A stretch of DNA of 64,000 bases, taken from NCBI GenBank assembly GCA_001724265.1, contig MEDY01000071.1, positions 1-64,000 of the forward strand. The letters are read 5' to 3'. The stretch is from Rhizaria sp. SCN 62-66. Taxonomy: Eukaryota. The position numbers were made by a program, and so were the translations under genes. The notes under the pieces are model-generated. The model saw only the letters and a list, made by a program, of their open reading frames with translations. It was not told where the DNA came from and searched no databases. Below are positions 50,657 through 61,500 of this stretch, in pieces. The first letter of the stretch is position 1. Every line of letters begins with the position of its first letter.

Positions 50657-53600
50657 ATGTCCTGGTCCGAGCTCAAGCAGAAGGGCAACACAGCCTTCAC
50701 CAACAAGGATTTCCCAACTGCTATCATACTGTACACAAGCGCGCTTGACGCTGCAAATGCATCCTCAAGCGGTGCACAAGCTCCCGACCGCGCCACCCTC
50801 ATGTCAAACCGTGCCGCTGCACACCTCGGTGCCGCCTCCCTCGATGCCACTTCGTGCCCCGCACTAACGCCGTCTTCATCGGCAGCATTTGCTCTTGCGG
50901 ATGCCCGTGCTGCGCTTGCCAGCTCAGCGCCGGCCAGCGCGGGCTTCTCGGCCGCTAAAGCGCGCTTCCGCGAGGCTTCGGCCACATCGCTCACCGCCGG
51001 GGCTTGGGCGCGCGCCGCTGCCGCGCACGCCGCACTACTCGCCTCGCACTCTACTGACGCTGCGCCTGCCGAGGCTTCTGCCGCCGCGCTGGTGGTACTT
51101 AGCGGCGGTGCGTGGGCCTCGACCGTTGCTTCGCTCAACACAGCGCACAGCGCGTTGACGGCGAATGCAACTACCCCCAGTAGCTCTGCCACTGCATCTG
51201 CGCAGGACGGCGACACGACGGCGTTAGCTGCGCGGCTCCGCGCCACCGCAACAGCACTGGCTGCCGCAGCCCCCAGCCTTGCCCAGTCTGCGCCTAGCAG
51301 TGCCAGTACCAGTCCCAGTGCCGCTGCGCCGCCGCTGCCGCTCGCACTCGCCCACCTGGCCGCCTGCCCGCGCGTGGCCGCCGCCGCCGACGCCGCTCTC
51401 GCCGACGCCGAGTCCGCCACGCAGCTGTCTGCCGTGGCCGCCGCACTGGCGCGCGCCCGCACTGCCGCCGGCCTCGCCGCGGCCGCGGACTCCGCCCGCG
51501 CCGTCGTCGCCGCCGCGCTGTCGCCCGCCCCGCCAGCGCCCGCGGCTGCGGCGTTCTCCGTCGGGAGCCCCGCCGTCCCCGTGCTGTTCGCGCAAGGCGC
51601 GTCCGCGCTTTGCCACCGGGCGCTGGCGACCGAGAAGGGTCGCGGCGCGCTGGCTGCGGCGCTCACCGCGCTCGTCACGCGCGCGCTCGCGCTGCTGCGC
51701 CGCGCAGTCGCGCTCGCGCCGCGCTTTGTGGCCGGCAATGGCGGGAGCAACGCGGGCGCTGGGATCGCCGCAGTGCACGCCCTGGCAGCTGCGGCGCTCG
51801 CTGCGGCGCAGGCCGGTGTGCGCGGACTGGCGCGCCTCGCCACCGCGGCCGCCGCCGCTGCCGCCAAGTCTGCGGACACCGAGGGCGACTCACCTGCTGA
51901 GAAGGAGGCGGCGGCGCTTGCGGCAGGGCTCGTCGCTGCTCTGGGCACGCCCCTTGCGGCGACCGCCGCGCTTGCCGCAGTCGCCGCCTCGGTCGACTCG
52001 CTGCACGCCTCGTGCGCTTTCGCGAGCTCTGCCGCGGAGCAGCAACAGCAGCAGGGACACGTGCTGCCGCCGCTGCCGCCCGCGCCCCCCGCGGTCGCGT
52101 GCGCGCCCTACAGCATCGCCGACATCGCTGTCGCGAGCGGGGCTGTGCCAGCGGCGATTGCGGCAGACTCGCTGCTGGCGCTGCTCAACATCGCGCCCAC
52201 GCCTGCGCCCACGGTCACTGTCAGCTCTTTTGTCACGGCCGCCAGCGGTGAAGTCACTGCGAGCGGACTTGATGCCGTGCGGATGGTTTTGCTGCCCGCT
52301 GACGCACTACGCCCTCTCCTTGTTGACGCCTTTGCGCTTGCATCCACCTCTGCCTCTTCGTCTAGCAACGGCGTGAACAGTACTGCAACAGCCTTGCCCG
52401 CACCTCTGCTCGGGCTTGTGATGCGCCTCACGGCCGCTGCATTCCCCGCGGCGCCAAGCACTTCTATAGCAGCTACGGCCGAGCCTGCTGCGATTACCGC
52501 TGCCCGCGCACTCCTCGCCGCCGTCGCCGAGGCCGAGGCCGTCGCTACCGCCACCGCCGCGGCCGCGGCTGGCGCGAACTCGACCACGACTGCGACGCGG
52601 CCTCCTGTGGTGGCCCGCGCCGTCGCCACGGCCCTCCTGACGCTCGACGCCGCCGATGGCGGTGATGCAGATACCACGGACGATGGCGCGGCGCCGGCGC
52701 CTGTGCCGCTGCCGCTGGGGCGCTTTTTTGCCGCAGTCGCCGCCGCGTCGGCCGCGGGCGCGCCGTCGCTGCCGCCGCTCTTGCTGCTGCTGCGCACGCT
52801 TCTCGACGCGGAGGCCTCGCTCTCCGCCGTAAGCGCCGCTGACGGCGCTGGGGCGCAGAGCCGGGGCGGCAGCCGCTCGCTGCTGCCCACGGCCGTGCTG
52901 GCCGGCGCGGGCGGCGATGCGCCTACAGTCGGCGCGCTGTTGGCTTCGCACGTGCACCACGACCTGCACACGCTGTTGTTCTCTCTCCCCGTGCCCACGA
53001 CCCCCGAGGACCACGCGAACCCCGCTGCATCCGCGCCCGCAGTCGACGTGATGACCGCGCGCACGCTGCCGCCGCTGCCGCTGCCCGTGGCCAGCGCCGC
53101 TGCGCTGACCGCCGCGCCCGCGCGCGCCGCCGCCGCCGCCGCGCGCGGGCTGTCGCTGCTGGCCGCGACCGCCGCCGCGCACCCGGCCGCGGCGCTGGCG
53201 CTGGCGCAGGGCGACTCGGCCGTGTTCCGCCGCGCCCTCGCGCAGCGCCTGTCCCCGCCGCCCACGGCGACGGAGCCTACTGGTGCGCGCGGGGACGCCA
53301 AGCCGCGCGCCGCCAGCGAGTGCAAGGACGATCAAGGTGCGGCCACGACAGCTGCGACCGCCGCGGCCGCCGCTGCCGCGGCAGATGCGGCTGTCGAAGA
53401 GGAAGAGACCCCAGATACCGCTGCGGCTGCTGCAGCGCCAGAGACCGAGGCCGATGCTGAGGCGGCAATGCCTTCCCTTGCAGGGCCAAACGGCCTCGCT
53501 GACGCCGTCGCCTTCCTGCTTGGCTGTTTCCCTGCGCCTTCGGTATCTTACACCGACTCTGACAATAACAGCGCCGAGAGCGCCGAGACTGTGCCCGCAA

Positions 53601-56599
53601 CGCACGCGCCCGCGCTCGCCGCCGCCGCGGCCGTGGCTGCCGCGCTGCCCGCCGGGTGGCACGCGTCGGCACTCCCGCCGCGGGCGCCCGCCGGCGACGC
53701 CGCAGGGCTCCTCGAAGCCCCCGCCGCCTCGGCCCTGCTCGCGCCGGCTGCTCCCTCCACCGCGCCGGCAGGGACCGCGGCGGCGCTGGCCGAGCTCGCC
53801 GCGAGGCCGCTGGTGGCGTTCCCTGGCGCGTCCCCCGCGACCGAGCGCGCGCCGCTGGAGCTACTCGCGGCCGCGGCGCGCGCGGGCGGGCCGGCGTACC
53901 TGTTCAGCTACTCGACGCTGCATGCGGCCGACGTCTTTGCGCTCCTCGCGCGCACGCTCGCCAGCGCGCGCGCACTCTCGGCCGCCGCGGTTGCCGCCAC
54001 GGGCGCCGCTAAGGCCCTTCGCACGCAGGCGCAGTCGCGCGGGCTGTCGGCCGTGCGCTCGTGTCTTGAAATCGCCGTCTACCTCAGCACTACCTCCGCG
54101 CGCGGCCGTCTCGCTGCGGTGGCCGACGCCAAGACGTACGGCCGCGCCGACCCGGCCGCGACGCCCTCGGTCGCCGCGCGCGCCGCGCTGGAGATCCGCG
54201 AGCTTCCGATCCCCTCGGCCTTCCTGACCGAGCTCTCGGCGCTGCTTGCGCTGCCCTCGAGCGCGACCGCGACGGGGCCGTGGCGCGTCGCGGCCGGCGC
54301 CGAGCGGTCTCCGCTGGGCCCCGGGTCTCCGCACTGCCAGCTCTCGGCGCTCTCCGCCCCGGGCTCAGCGACGCTGGCGACTCTGCTGGCCGCGGACCCG
54401 CCGTGCCGCTTCGCCGTGGGCCGGCTGCTCACCGCGCTGTGCGCCGGCCGGCTGGACCTGCTGCCACCCGCCGACGAGGACGACGAGGGCGTCGCAGGAC
54501 TCAAGACCGCTGCGCGCCGCGGGCTGGGACAGCAGCGCCGTCGCGCAGCCGCCGCCAGCGGCGCCGCCGACCCGGGTACCGAGGACGAGGACGACGACGG
54601 CGCGGCGTCGGTCGACTTGGCGCTTGTGGCCGGCAATCAGGCCGAGGCGGCTGCTGTGAAGACCGCCCTGATCGGCGCCGGTGCCGCCGCTGGGCTTCTT
54701 CGGGCAGCGCGCAACATGGCCCTCCACGCGGCCTGGGAGGCGCTGCCCGCGCCTGTTGCCGTCGCGGCCGCCGCCGAAGTCACCATCAGTAGCAGTGCGG
54801 AGGACAATGACGGCGACGGCGAGGTAAAGGCAACTATTGAAGACTATGAATCCGCTGGTACATCTGCCACTGCAGTTGTGGTGGCGAACAGCGAAGGCAA
54901 GAAGACTCCCTCGGTGCTCGGCGCTATCACCGCGGACACTCTCACTCTATCGCTGCTATCCAGTAGCAGCAGTAGCAGCAGCATCAGTGGCAGTGCGGCT
55001 GCCAACAACGGCGTGCATCCTGCTCTGCGCCAGCATCCGCTGTCGGCGCCTGCGTGCGAAGGCCTGCTGCTGCCGCTCGAGGCGCTGCAGGGCTTGTCGC
55101 GCGCCGCGCTCGCGCTGTGCACGCTGCCGCAGGCCGCGCGTACGGCCCCCGCGGCGCCCGACGCGGCCACCGCGGCCGCGGCGCTGGGCCCTCTGGCGCG
55201 CGCGCTGGCCGCGGCGCCCGAGAAGGCCGCTGTGGACTCGAGCTTCGCGGTCCCACCCGTGGCGCCCGTCGCCGCGCGCGGCCGCTGGGTGGCCCAGGGT
55301 GGCGTCTCTGCGCTGCTGCAGCTCATCAGCGATGCCAACAAGGTCAAGACGCACTTCAAGCTGCGCCGCGCGCTGCAGGAGCAACGCGACAAGGCGGCTT
55401 CCGGCGATACCGCCACAGCGGACGGCACCAACAGCGGAAGTGGGAGCAACGAGAACCCTTTGTCTGCGCCGCCGCCCCCGTCGCCGGCCGCCGCAGCCGC
55501 CGCCGCCGCAAGCGAGCGCGAGGTGGCTCTGCTCTCGCGCTCTGTCGCGGCGCGGCGCCGTCGCGCGCCCAAGGGCGCTGTGGCCGAGGATTTCTACCCC
55601 ACGCGCCCGCCCTCGAAGCACCCGCTAGCGCTTTCAACGACTGCGCTTGCGCCCGCGGCGTCGGCGGCGGAAGCAGCGACGGCGGCTGCGGGCGCTGCGG
55701 CGGCCCGCCCCGGCGCTGCCGCCGCGGCCGCCGCGGCCTCTGGCGCCGCGCCCGGCCGCGAAGGGGCCAACATCGGCGCCGACGGCAACCTGACCGATTT
55801 GGGCGTCGAGGCCGCGGCGGGCGAGGCCTGCGCGCGGCTCTCGGTTGCCCTCGCGCGCACGCTTATCTTCACGAACCCGGCGGTGCTGGCCGCCGGTGAG
55901 GCCGCGGCGAGCGTGCGCGCGCTCTGCGCGCTGGCGGCCGACGCCCCCCACGAGCGTGACCAGTTCGAGGCGCTCATGGCGCTCACCAACCTCGCCTCAC
56001 TCGCGGCCGCCGAGGCACGCGCCGGCGTTGCCGCCGGCGCGGCAGTGGGCGGTGTGGCGGCCGCGCTCGAGGCGGGCTGCGCCTGGGAGTGCGCGCGCGC
56101 AGGCGTGACCGTGAGCAACAGCCAGGTCCAGGCCGCCGGGCTGGAGCTGATGCTCAACCTCCTAGGCGGCTGCGAGTGGGCCGTGGGCAAGGTGCTGACG
56201 ACCACGCGCGGCCGCGGCGACGTCGACCTGTGGCTGCTGTTTGTGCAGAGCAACGAGAACGAGCGCGCGCAGACGGCGGCCTCGGCGGCGCTCGCCGTGC
56301 TGGCGGGGATGTGCCCGCAGGCCGCGCGCATCGTCGCCGAGAGCACCATGCAGAGCGTCTCGCTTTCTGATAGCAACGGCCACGGCGGCGACGCCAGCTC
56401 TGGCGCGGACAAGCGCAAGACGAAGCAGGAAGTGAAGCCGCCCGGCGAGGTCGTGCTGCGCGCGCTGGCCGCGCATCCGCAGTGCAGCGAGCCCGTGCGC
56501 GTGCGCTGCCGGGCCGCCGTCGATGCCATCGCAGCCGCACGTAAGAAGACTGCGCTTTGGGAGCAGCACGTGCCGATTCGCAGCGAGGACAATATCTGA
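50657..56599 (+). CDS. UNC45: UNC-45-like myosin chaperone (TPR + UCS/ARM)
   Basis: N-terminal TPR (ELKQKGNTAF...AIILYTSAL...LMSNRAAA) and UCS signatures RGRWVAQGG..ALL and QFEALMALTNLAS. Confidence 0.82.
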   Translation: MSWSELKQKGNTAFTNKDFPTAIILYTSALDAANASSSGAQAPDRATLMSNRAAAHLGAASLDATSCPALTPSSSAAFALADARAALASSAPASAGFSAAKARFREASATSLTAGAWARAAAAHAALLASHSTDAAPAEASAAALVVLSGGAWASTVASLNTAHSALTANATTPSSSATASAQDGDTTALAARLRATATALAAAAPSLAQSAPSSASTSPSAAAPPLPLALAHLAACPRVAAAADAALADAESATQLSAVAAALARARTAAGLAAAADSARAVVAAALSPAPPAPAAAAFSVGSPAVPVLFAQGASALCHRALATEKGRGALAAALTALVTRALALLRRAVALAPRFVAGNGGSNAGAGIAAVHALAAAALAAAQAGVRGLARLATAAAAAAAKSADTEGDSPAEKEAAALAAGLVAALGTPLAATAALAAVAASVDSLHASCAFASSAAEQQQQQGHVLPPLPPAPPAVACAPYSIADIAVASGAVPAAIAADSLLALLNIAPTPAPTVTVSSFVTAASGEVTASGLDAVRMVLLPADALRPLLVDAFALASTSASSSSNGVNSTATALPAPLLGLVMRLTAAAFPAAPSTSIAATAEPAAITAARALLAAVAEAEAVATATAAAAAGANSTTTATRPPVVARAVATALLTLDAADGGDADTTDDGAAPAPVPLPLGRFFAAVAAASAAGAPSLPPLLLLLRTLLDAEASLSAVSAADGAGAQSRGGSRSLLPTAVLAGAGGDAPTVGALLASHVHHDLHTLLFSLPVPTTPEDHANPAASAPAVDVMTARTLPPLPLPVASAAALTAAPARAAAAAARGLSLLAATAAAHPAAALALAQGDSAVFRRALAQRLSPPPTATEPTGARGDAKPRAASECKDDQGAATTAATAAAAAAAADAAVEEEETPDTAAAAAAPETEADAEAAMPSLAGPNGLADAVAFLLGCFPAPSVSYTDSDNNSAESAETVPATHAPALAAAAAVAAALPAGWHASALPPRAPAGDAAGLLEAPAASALLAPAAPSTAPAGTAAALAELAARPLVAFPGASPATERAPLELLAAAARAGGPAYLFSYSTLHAADVFALLARTLASARALSAAAVAATGAAKALRTQAQSRGLSAVRSCLEIAVYLSTTSARGRLAAVADAKTYGRADPAATPSVAARAALEIRELPIPSAFLTELSALLALPSSATATGPWRVAAGAERSPLGPGSPHCQLSALSAPGSATLATLLAADPPCRFAVGRLLTALCAGRLDLLPPADEDDEGVAGLKTAARRGLGQQRRRAAAASGAADPGTEDEDDDGAASVDLALVAGNQAEAAAVKTALIGAGAAAGLLRAARNMALHAAWEALPAPVAVAAAAEVTISSSAEDNDGDGEVKATIEDYESAGTSATAVVVANSEGKKTPSVLGAITADTLTLSLLSSSSSSSSISGSAAANNGVHPALRQHPLSAPACEGLLLPLEALQGLSRAALALCTLPQAARTAPAAPDAATAAAALGPLARALAAAPEKAAVDSSFAVPPVAPVAARGRWVAQGGVSALLQLISDANKVKTHFKLRRALQEQRDKAASGDTATADGTNSGSGSNENPLSAPPPPSPAAAAAAAASEREVALLSRSVAARRRRAPKGAVAEDFYPTRPPSKHPLALSTTALAPAASAAEAATAAAGAAAARPGAAAAAAAASGAAPGREGANIGADGNLTDLGVEAAAGEACARLSVALARTLIFTNPAVLAAGEAAASVRALCALAADAPHERDQFEALMALTNLASLAAAEARAGVAAGAAVGGVAAALEAGCAWECARAGVTVSNSQVQAAGLELMLNLLGGCEWAVGKVLTTTRGRGDVDLWLLFVQSNENERAQTAASAALAVLAGMCPQAARIVAESTMQSVSLSDSNGHGGDASSGADKRKTKQEVKPPGEVVLRALAAHPQCSEPVRVRCRAAVDAIAAARKKTALWEQHVPIRSEDNI

Positions 56600-57260
56600 G
56601 TCAAGCGTGAATCTGCCTTAAATTTAGTCTTGTATCAATGGGGTATTCTTCCTGACGGTCGTGTGATGATTAACATATTAACGGTCCGCAACGTGATTGA
56701 GTAAAATAAATATAATTGCGGCAATGAAACATTGAGTTTGCAAGGTATTGATTTGTATTTTGTAACTTATAGCATGTGACGACGCTTAAAACCACGTCCT
56801 TTAATACCACATGTCACGTGTACGATAAAGAAAAGAAAACAAGAAACGAATCAGCACGCACACCCGAGGAGGTGTGACGGCGCCCTGTCCCCACCCCCGC
56901 CAGTTGATTTCAGTGTGACTGGTGACTGGAAGAAGAGAGGAAGAGCGTCCAAGAGCGGGACGTCCCAAACGGGGACGCGCCCGCACCGTGCTTGCTGGGG
57001 GGGAGTAGCCTGAGCCGTTGTTAGATAAAACCGCAGATTGCGGCGCAAGGCGCATGTAAAAACGGAGGAGCACTTAATCGGAGTGAACTGTGAGAGCGCG
57101 CAAGCCGCTGAGTGTATCAGCGTTTCACACGACTCTACGTTGCGCTCGCACACAGTGGTCACACTTGTCAAGCATGCGCAAGCATCGCGGTCTGCGTTAG
57201 CGTGTGGGAGTGGGTGGAGACGTTGGAATTGGTGTTGTTGTTCGTGCGACGTAAACGGAT

Positions 57261-58215
57261 TTACGCGGAAACGGCCTTCTCGAGAGTGGCATCGATGTTG
57301 GTGAGGGCGGTGAGGAGGGAGAGGTCCTGGTGCATGCCCTCAGCCTCGATGACGAGGCCGCCCATGATCGCGGGGTTCACCTTCTCGACGACGTTGAGCT
57401 TGTAGCCCTTCTTGACGATGCTGGCGAGGTTCTTCTGGACGGTGGCAAGCTCGTCCTTAGAGAGGGCGTCGGCGGAGGTGACCGTGACGATCATGTCCTT
57501 GTTGGCCTCGGCAGCCATGCGGTGGTAGACGCGGGCGATCTCGGGGAGCTGGGTCCACTTGTTGTCGGTGGCGACCTTCTGGAGGAGCTCGGTGGTGGCC
57601 TTGTCGGCGCCGATGTGGGAGGCGAAGTCGTTGAGGAAGGCGGTCTTGCGGGCCTCAGCGGTCATGGGGTGGTCGAAGACAGACTGGAACGAGGGGATGT
57701 TGGTCTGAGCAGAATGCCACTTGGCGAGGACAGAATGGGGGGCGTAGATGTCGCCGCCCTGCTTCTTGGCACCAGCGAGGAGCTGCTCGGCGGCAGCAAT
57801 GGCGTAGGGCTTCTTGGCCACCACCTAAAAAAAGTTCAAGATCGCGAAATGATGGAAGCAGGGTCGGTGAGCAAGCAGGAAGAGAGTTCAGAACACCGAG
57901 AGATGGACACAGAGGACGACGAAGAAGACTGGCACCCTGATCAAGGCCCAGGGGACACCTAGATGCATAGCTCTTGTAATCAATGTTTAGTAAATGATAC
58001 TAGGGGTGTGGAAGAATAGAACGGGACTACTACGCACTTCTAGCAAAAAGCCTGTAGCGTGTATAAAGACGCCTAAGTTAAGCTACGAAGAGCCCAATTG
58101 GCACCGTAAGCCAATCGTGTCGACACGGATTTGAGGGGGATAGAAGGGCGGGGAAGAAACGACGTACCTCGGTGGAGAACATGCGAACCGTGCGAGCAAT
58201 AACCTTGCGATTCAT
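57261..58215 (-). CDS. ATP5O: Mitochondrial ATP synthase OSCP/delta subunit; exons 58215-58168 and 57824-57261
   Basis: Presequence exon MNRKVIARTVRMFSTE, a GTACGT...TAG intron, and C-terminal VTVTSADAL...KVNPAIMGGLVI...DLS. Confidence 0.9.
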
Positions 58216-58515
58216 TTCGTTATTCAAAACGTCTCTGAACGTAAAGACAAGTTTTTCTCATCCGCCCTCGCCCCATCTCTGGTCGGTCGGTTCGGTTGGT
58301 CGGTTCAAAGTCTAGCCGCGTACGGACCGAAAAACTCACCTGTCTAACTTCATTCGAAAATCACCAAAACAATTGAATTGTTTACAGCGGTATAGTTTTA
58401 TTAAGAAAATTAAAATTGGTGTGTATTAAAACGCATGTCAACGATGCGCAGTTTCTTCATGTCATTCATTGTCCATATCAATGAACGTCTCTTCTTGTAT
58501 CCTCTTCCCAACACT

Positions 58516-61500
58516 TTACATGGCAGCAGCAGCGGCCGGAGCAGCGGCAGCGACGGGGGCAGCGGCAGCAGCAGGAGCAGCGGTGGCAGCAGCAGGAGCA
58601 GCGGTGGCAGCAGCAGGAGCAGCAGCGGCAGCAACAGGAGCGGCGGCACCAACAGGAGCGGCGGCAGCAGGGGCGGCGGCAGGAGCGGCGGCAGCAGGGG
58701 CGGCGGCAGGGGCGGCGGCAGGAGCGGCGGCAGGAGCGGCGGGGAGTGAAGCCACAGTGGCGTTAGCCGACGCGGTGACGGTGCCGTTCATGGCCATAGC
58801 GGCGATGGTCGCCGTGACGGTGGTGGAGCGCTTGGTGTACTGCACAACGCTGGCCTCGTCGATCGAGGGCTTGACGACGACCGAGGACGGCGCCGACGCG
58901 GCGATGGACAGCGCGGGCGGGGCAGGGACGCCGCGGAGCATGGGCGAGCGGTAGAGCGCCTTCTTAAGCTGCGGGAGCTGGCCCACGGTGACGTTGCCGC
59001 GCGCCTGCTTATTGTCGGCGGCGAAGACGACGTCGAGCTTGACGGCAACGTCGGAGTCGCGGCCGTCGTAGCTGAAGGCCACGTGCGGCGGGTCCGCGCG
59101 CACCGTGTACGTCGTCGGCGCGGTCACCGCGGCGGGGGCAGCGGCGGGGGCAGCGGCGGGGGCAGCGGCGGGGGTGGCGGTCTTGTTGCCGGTGTTGCCG
59201 GTCTTGTCGCTGATATCGAAGAACTCCTCGAGCTGCGAGTCGTTGGTCTTGGTGGGCTGCTGCTGCTTGCGGCGCATCTCCTCCAGCTGCGCACGGTCGA
59301 TCGGGCTGCCGTCGGGCAGCACGTACGACCGCTGGCGGGGCTCGTACGCCACGGGGATGCGCTTGACCATGATGGGGCGGTACAAGCGGCGCTGCTCGAA
59401 CGGCGAAGGCGCGATCAGGACCGAGTCGTCGTAGAAGTACTGGCTCTCGCTCGCGATCTCGGCGGCCAGGGACGCGTCCATGGCGGCTTCGACGTCAACC
59501 TCGGTCTCGGCCTCGGCGTCCAGCTCGGACTCGAGCTCGAACTCGGCCTCAGCCTCGGACTCAGCCTCAAGCTCGGAGTCGGCCTCGGCCTCGGTCTCGG
59601 CCTCAAGGTCGAGGTCGAGGTCGAGCTCAGTGTCAGCCTCGGTCTCGAGGAACGAGATGCTCTGGGCCTCGAGCGACTGCTCGATCACGGGCAGCTCCAC
59701 GAACGACGACGTCGACGCGCAGTCGGTCGCGGCGTCAGTGGCGGCCGAGCCCGCGGTGGCGAGGCGCGCCTCCATGGCGGCCTGCGCGCGGTCCTCGGCG
59801 ACGATGGCGTTCATCACCTCGGTCTCGAGCATCATCGCGCGCACGGCGGCGGCGCGGCGCTGGGACGCCTGCGCGGCGGCCTGGGCGGCGGCGGACACGC
59901 CCGTGGCGGCCTCGAGCAGCGTCGCGGGGGCCATCTCGGCGGCCACGGCGTCGGCGGCCTCGGACGCAATGCGCGCGCGGCGCGGGGCGCGGGCGGCCGT
60001 GGGCTTGGGCACAGAGCCGGCAAAGGCGCGGATCTCGGGCATGTGGCCCAGCGCGTAGGCCGCCGAGGCGACGGCGAGCACGTCCCACTGGTCCGACACG
60101 ATCGCGTTCGTCGTCGTCGCCAGCTGGGCCGCGGAGGCCGCCGTGGAGATCACGGTCTCGAGCTCAAGGAACGCGCCGGTCTTGGCGACGGTCGCGTTGG
60201 CGGCAACGGTCGCGTTGGCGACAACAGCGGTGGCGTTGACGGACGCGTTGGAAGCAGCAGCGACGGCGACGGGGGCGACGGCGACGGGAGCGACGGGGGC
60301 GACAGCACTGGCGTTGGCCGTGGCGTTGGTGCTGGCGGCGGTCGCGTTCACGGAGGCGATGGCCGCAGCAGCAGTGCTGGCGGCCGCAGCGGTGGCGGCG
60401 GCGATCTTGACGTCGGCGACAGCGATGGTGTTGCTGGCGTTGGCGATCTTGGCGTTGGATTCGGCCGTGGCGTTGGCGACGTAGGCGGCCGTGAGGCGCG
60501 CAGTCTCCTCCGCCAGGCGCTTATCGGCGTCGGTCTTGGTGGCGTTGGCGTCGGCGGCAGCGAGCGCCTTGTTGCCCTTCTTGGCGAGCTGGAGGTGCTC
60601 GAACACACTGCGCGAGCGCTCAGCGATCTGCACCGCGGTCCAGTTGGCTGACAGCGCGGGCGCGGCGCGCAGCGCGGCCACGGGGCCGTCGGGCTGCGTC
60701 GCGGGCGCCCAGGGCGCGCCAGCGGGCACGGGCAGCGGAGTGTGCACCGGGAAGCGCGCGGGCGCGGCGGCGATGGTGCCGTTCATCTTGGACAGGTGCG
60801 CGTGGGACGCGATCTGGATCGAGAGCGACTTGCCGGAGTAGGCGCCAAAGCCAAAGACGCGGTCGTAGAAGTCGAGCAGACCTGCGACGTTGATCTTCTT
60901 GAGCAGAAGTTGGGAGTCAACGAAGCGCTGCATGTAGTTGTACTTCTGGTTCTCAATCGCGCCCCAGTTCTCGCGTGCATGCTCCATCAGCGTGGTAGCG
61001 TTGGTGAGCTTGGTGTCGTAGAGCGTCATGACCGTCTTGGCGAAAGCCGCAGGCGTGAGCGTGGCGTCGAGCTCCTTGCGGTACGTCGACAGGAACGTCT
61101 GCACGCGCATGTCGACGTAGTCGGGCGGAAACGTTGCCGACTGGACCTGGAGCGTGAACTCGCTCACGTCGGAGGTCGCGGAGCCGTAGGCCCAGACGAT
61201 GTAGCCCATCTGCTCCTGCGTGCGGAGCGCGTTGTACGCGGCCTTGCGCATGAAGTGGTCGAGCACGTCCATGTAGAGCTTGTCCAGCGTCGAGTTAGCA
61301 CGACCGAGCTGGTAGACGTTGTACACCATCGAGTTGGGCTCGTGGGGGTCCAGCGCGGTCGTGGCCACGGTGTAGCGGCCGTCGAGCACGGGGCGGCGCA
61401 GCGCCGCGCGCTCCTCGGCCACGCGCGAGGGCAGGAAGGTGGAGCGGACCGACTTGTAGGGCAGCGTCGCCATGGCCTCGTCGACAAACTCGCGCGCCTG

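Noticed and set aside
58519-58742. CRISPR-like or satellite array
   Set aside because: In-frame coding PAAA repeat with no unique spacers and no cas genes.
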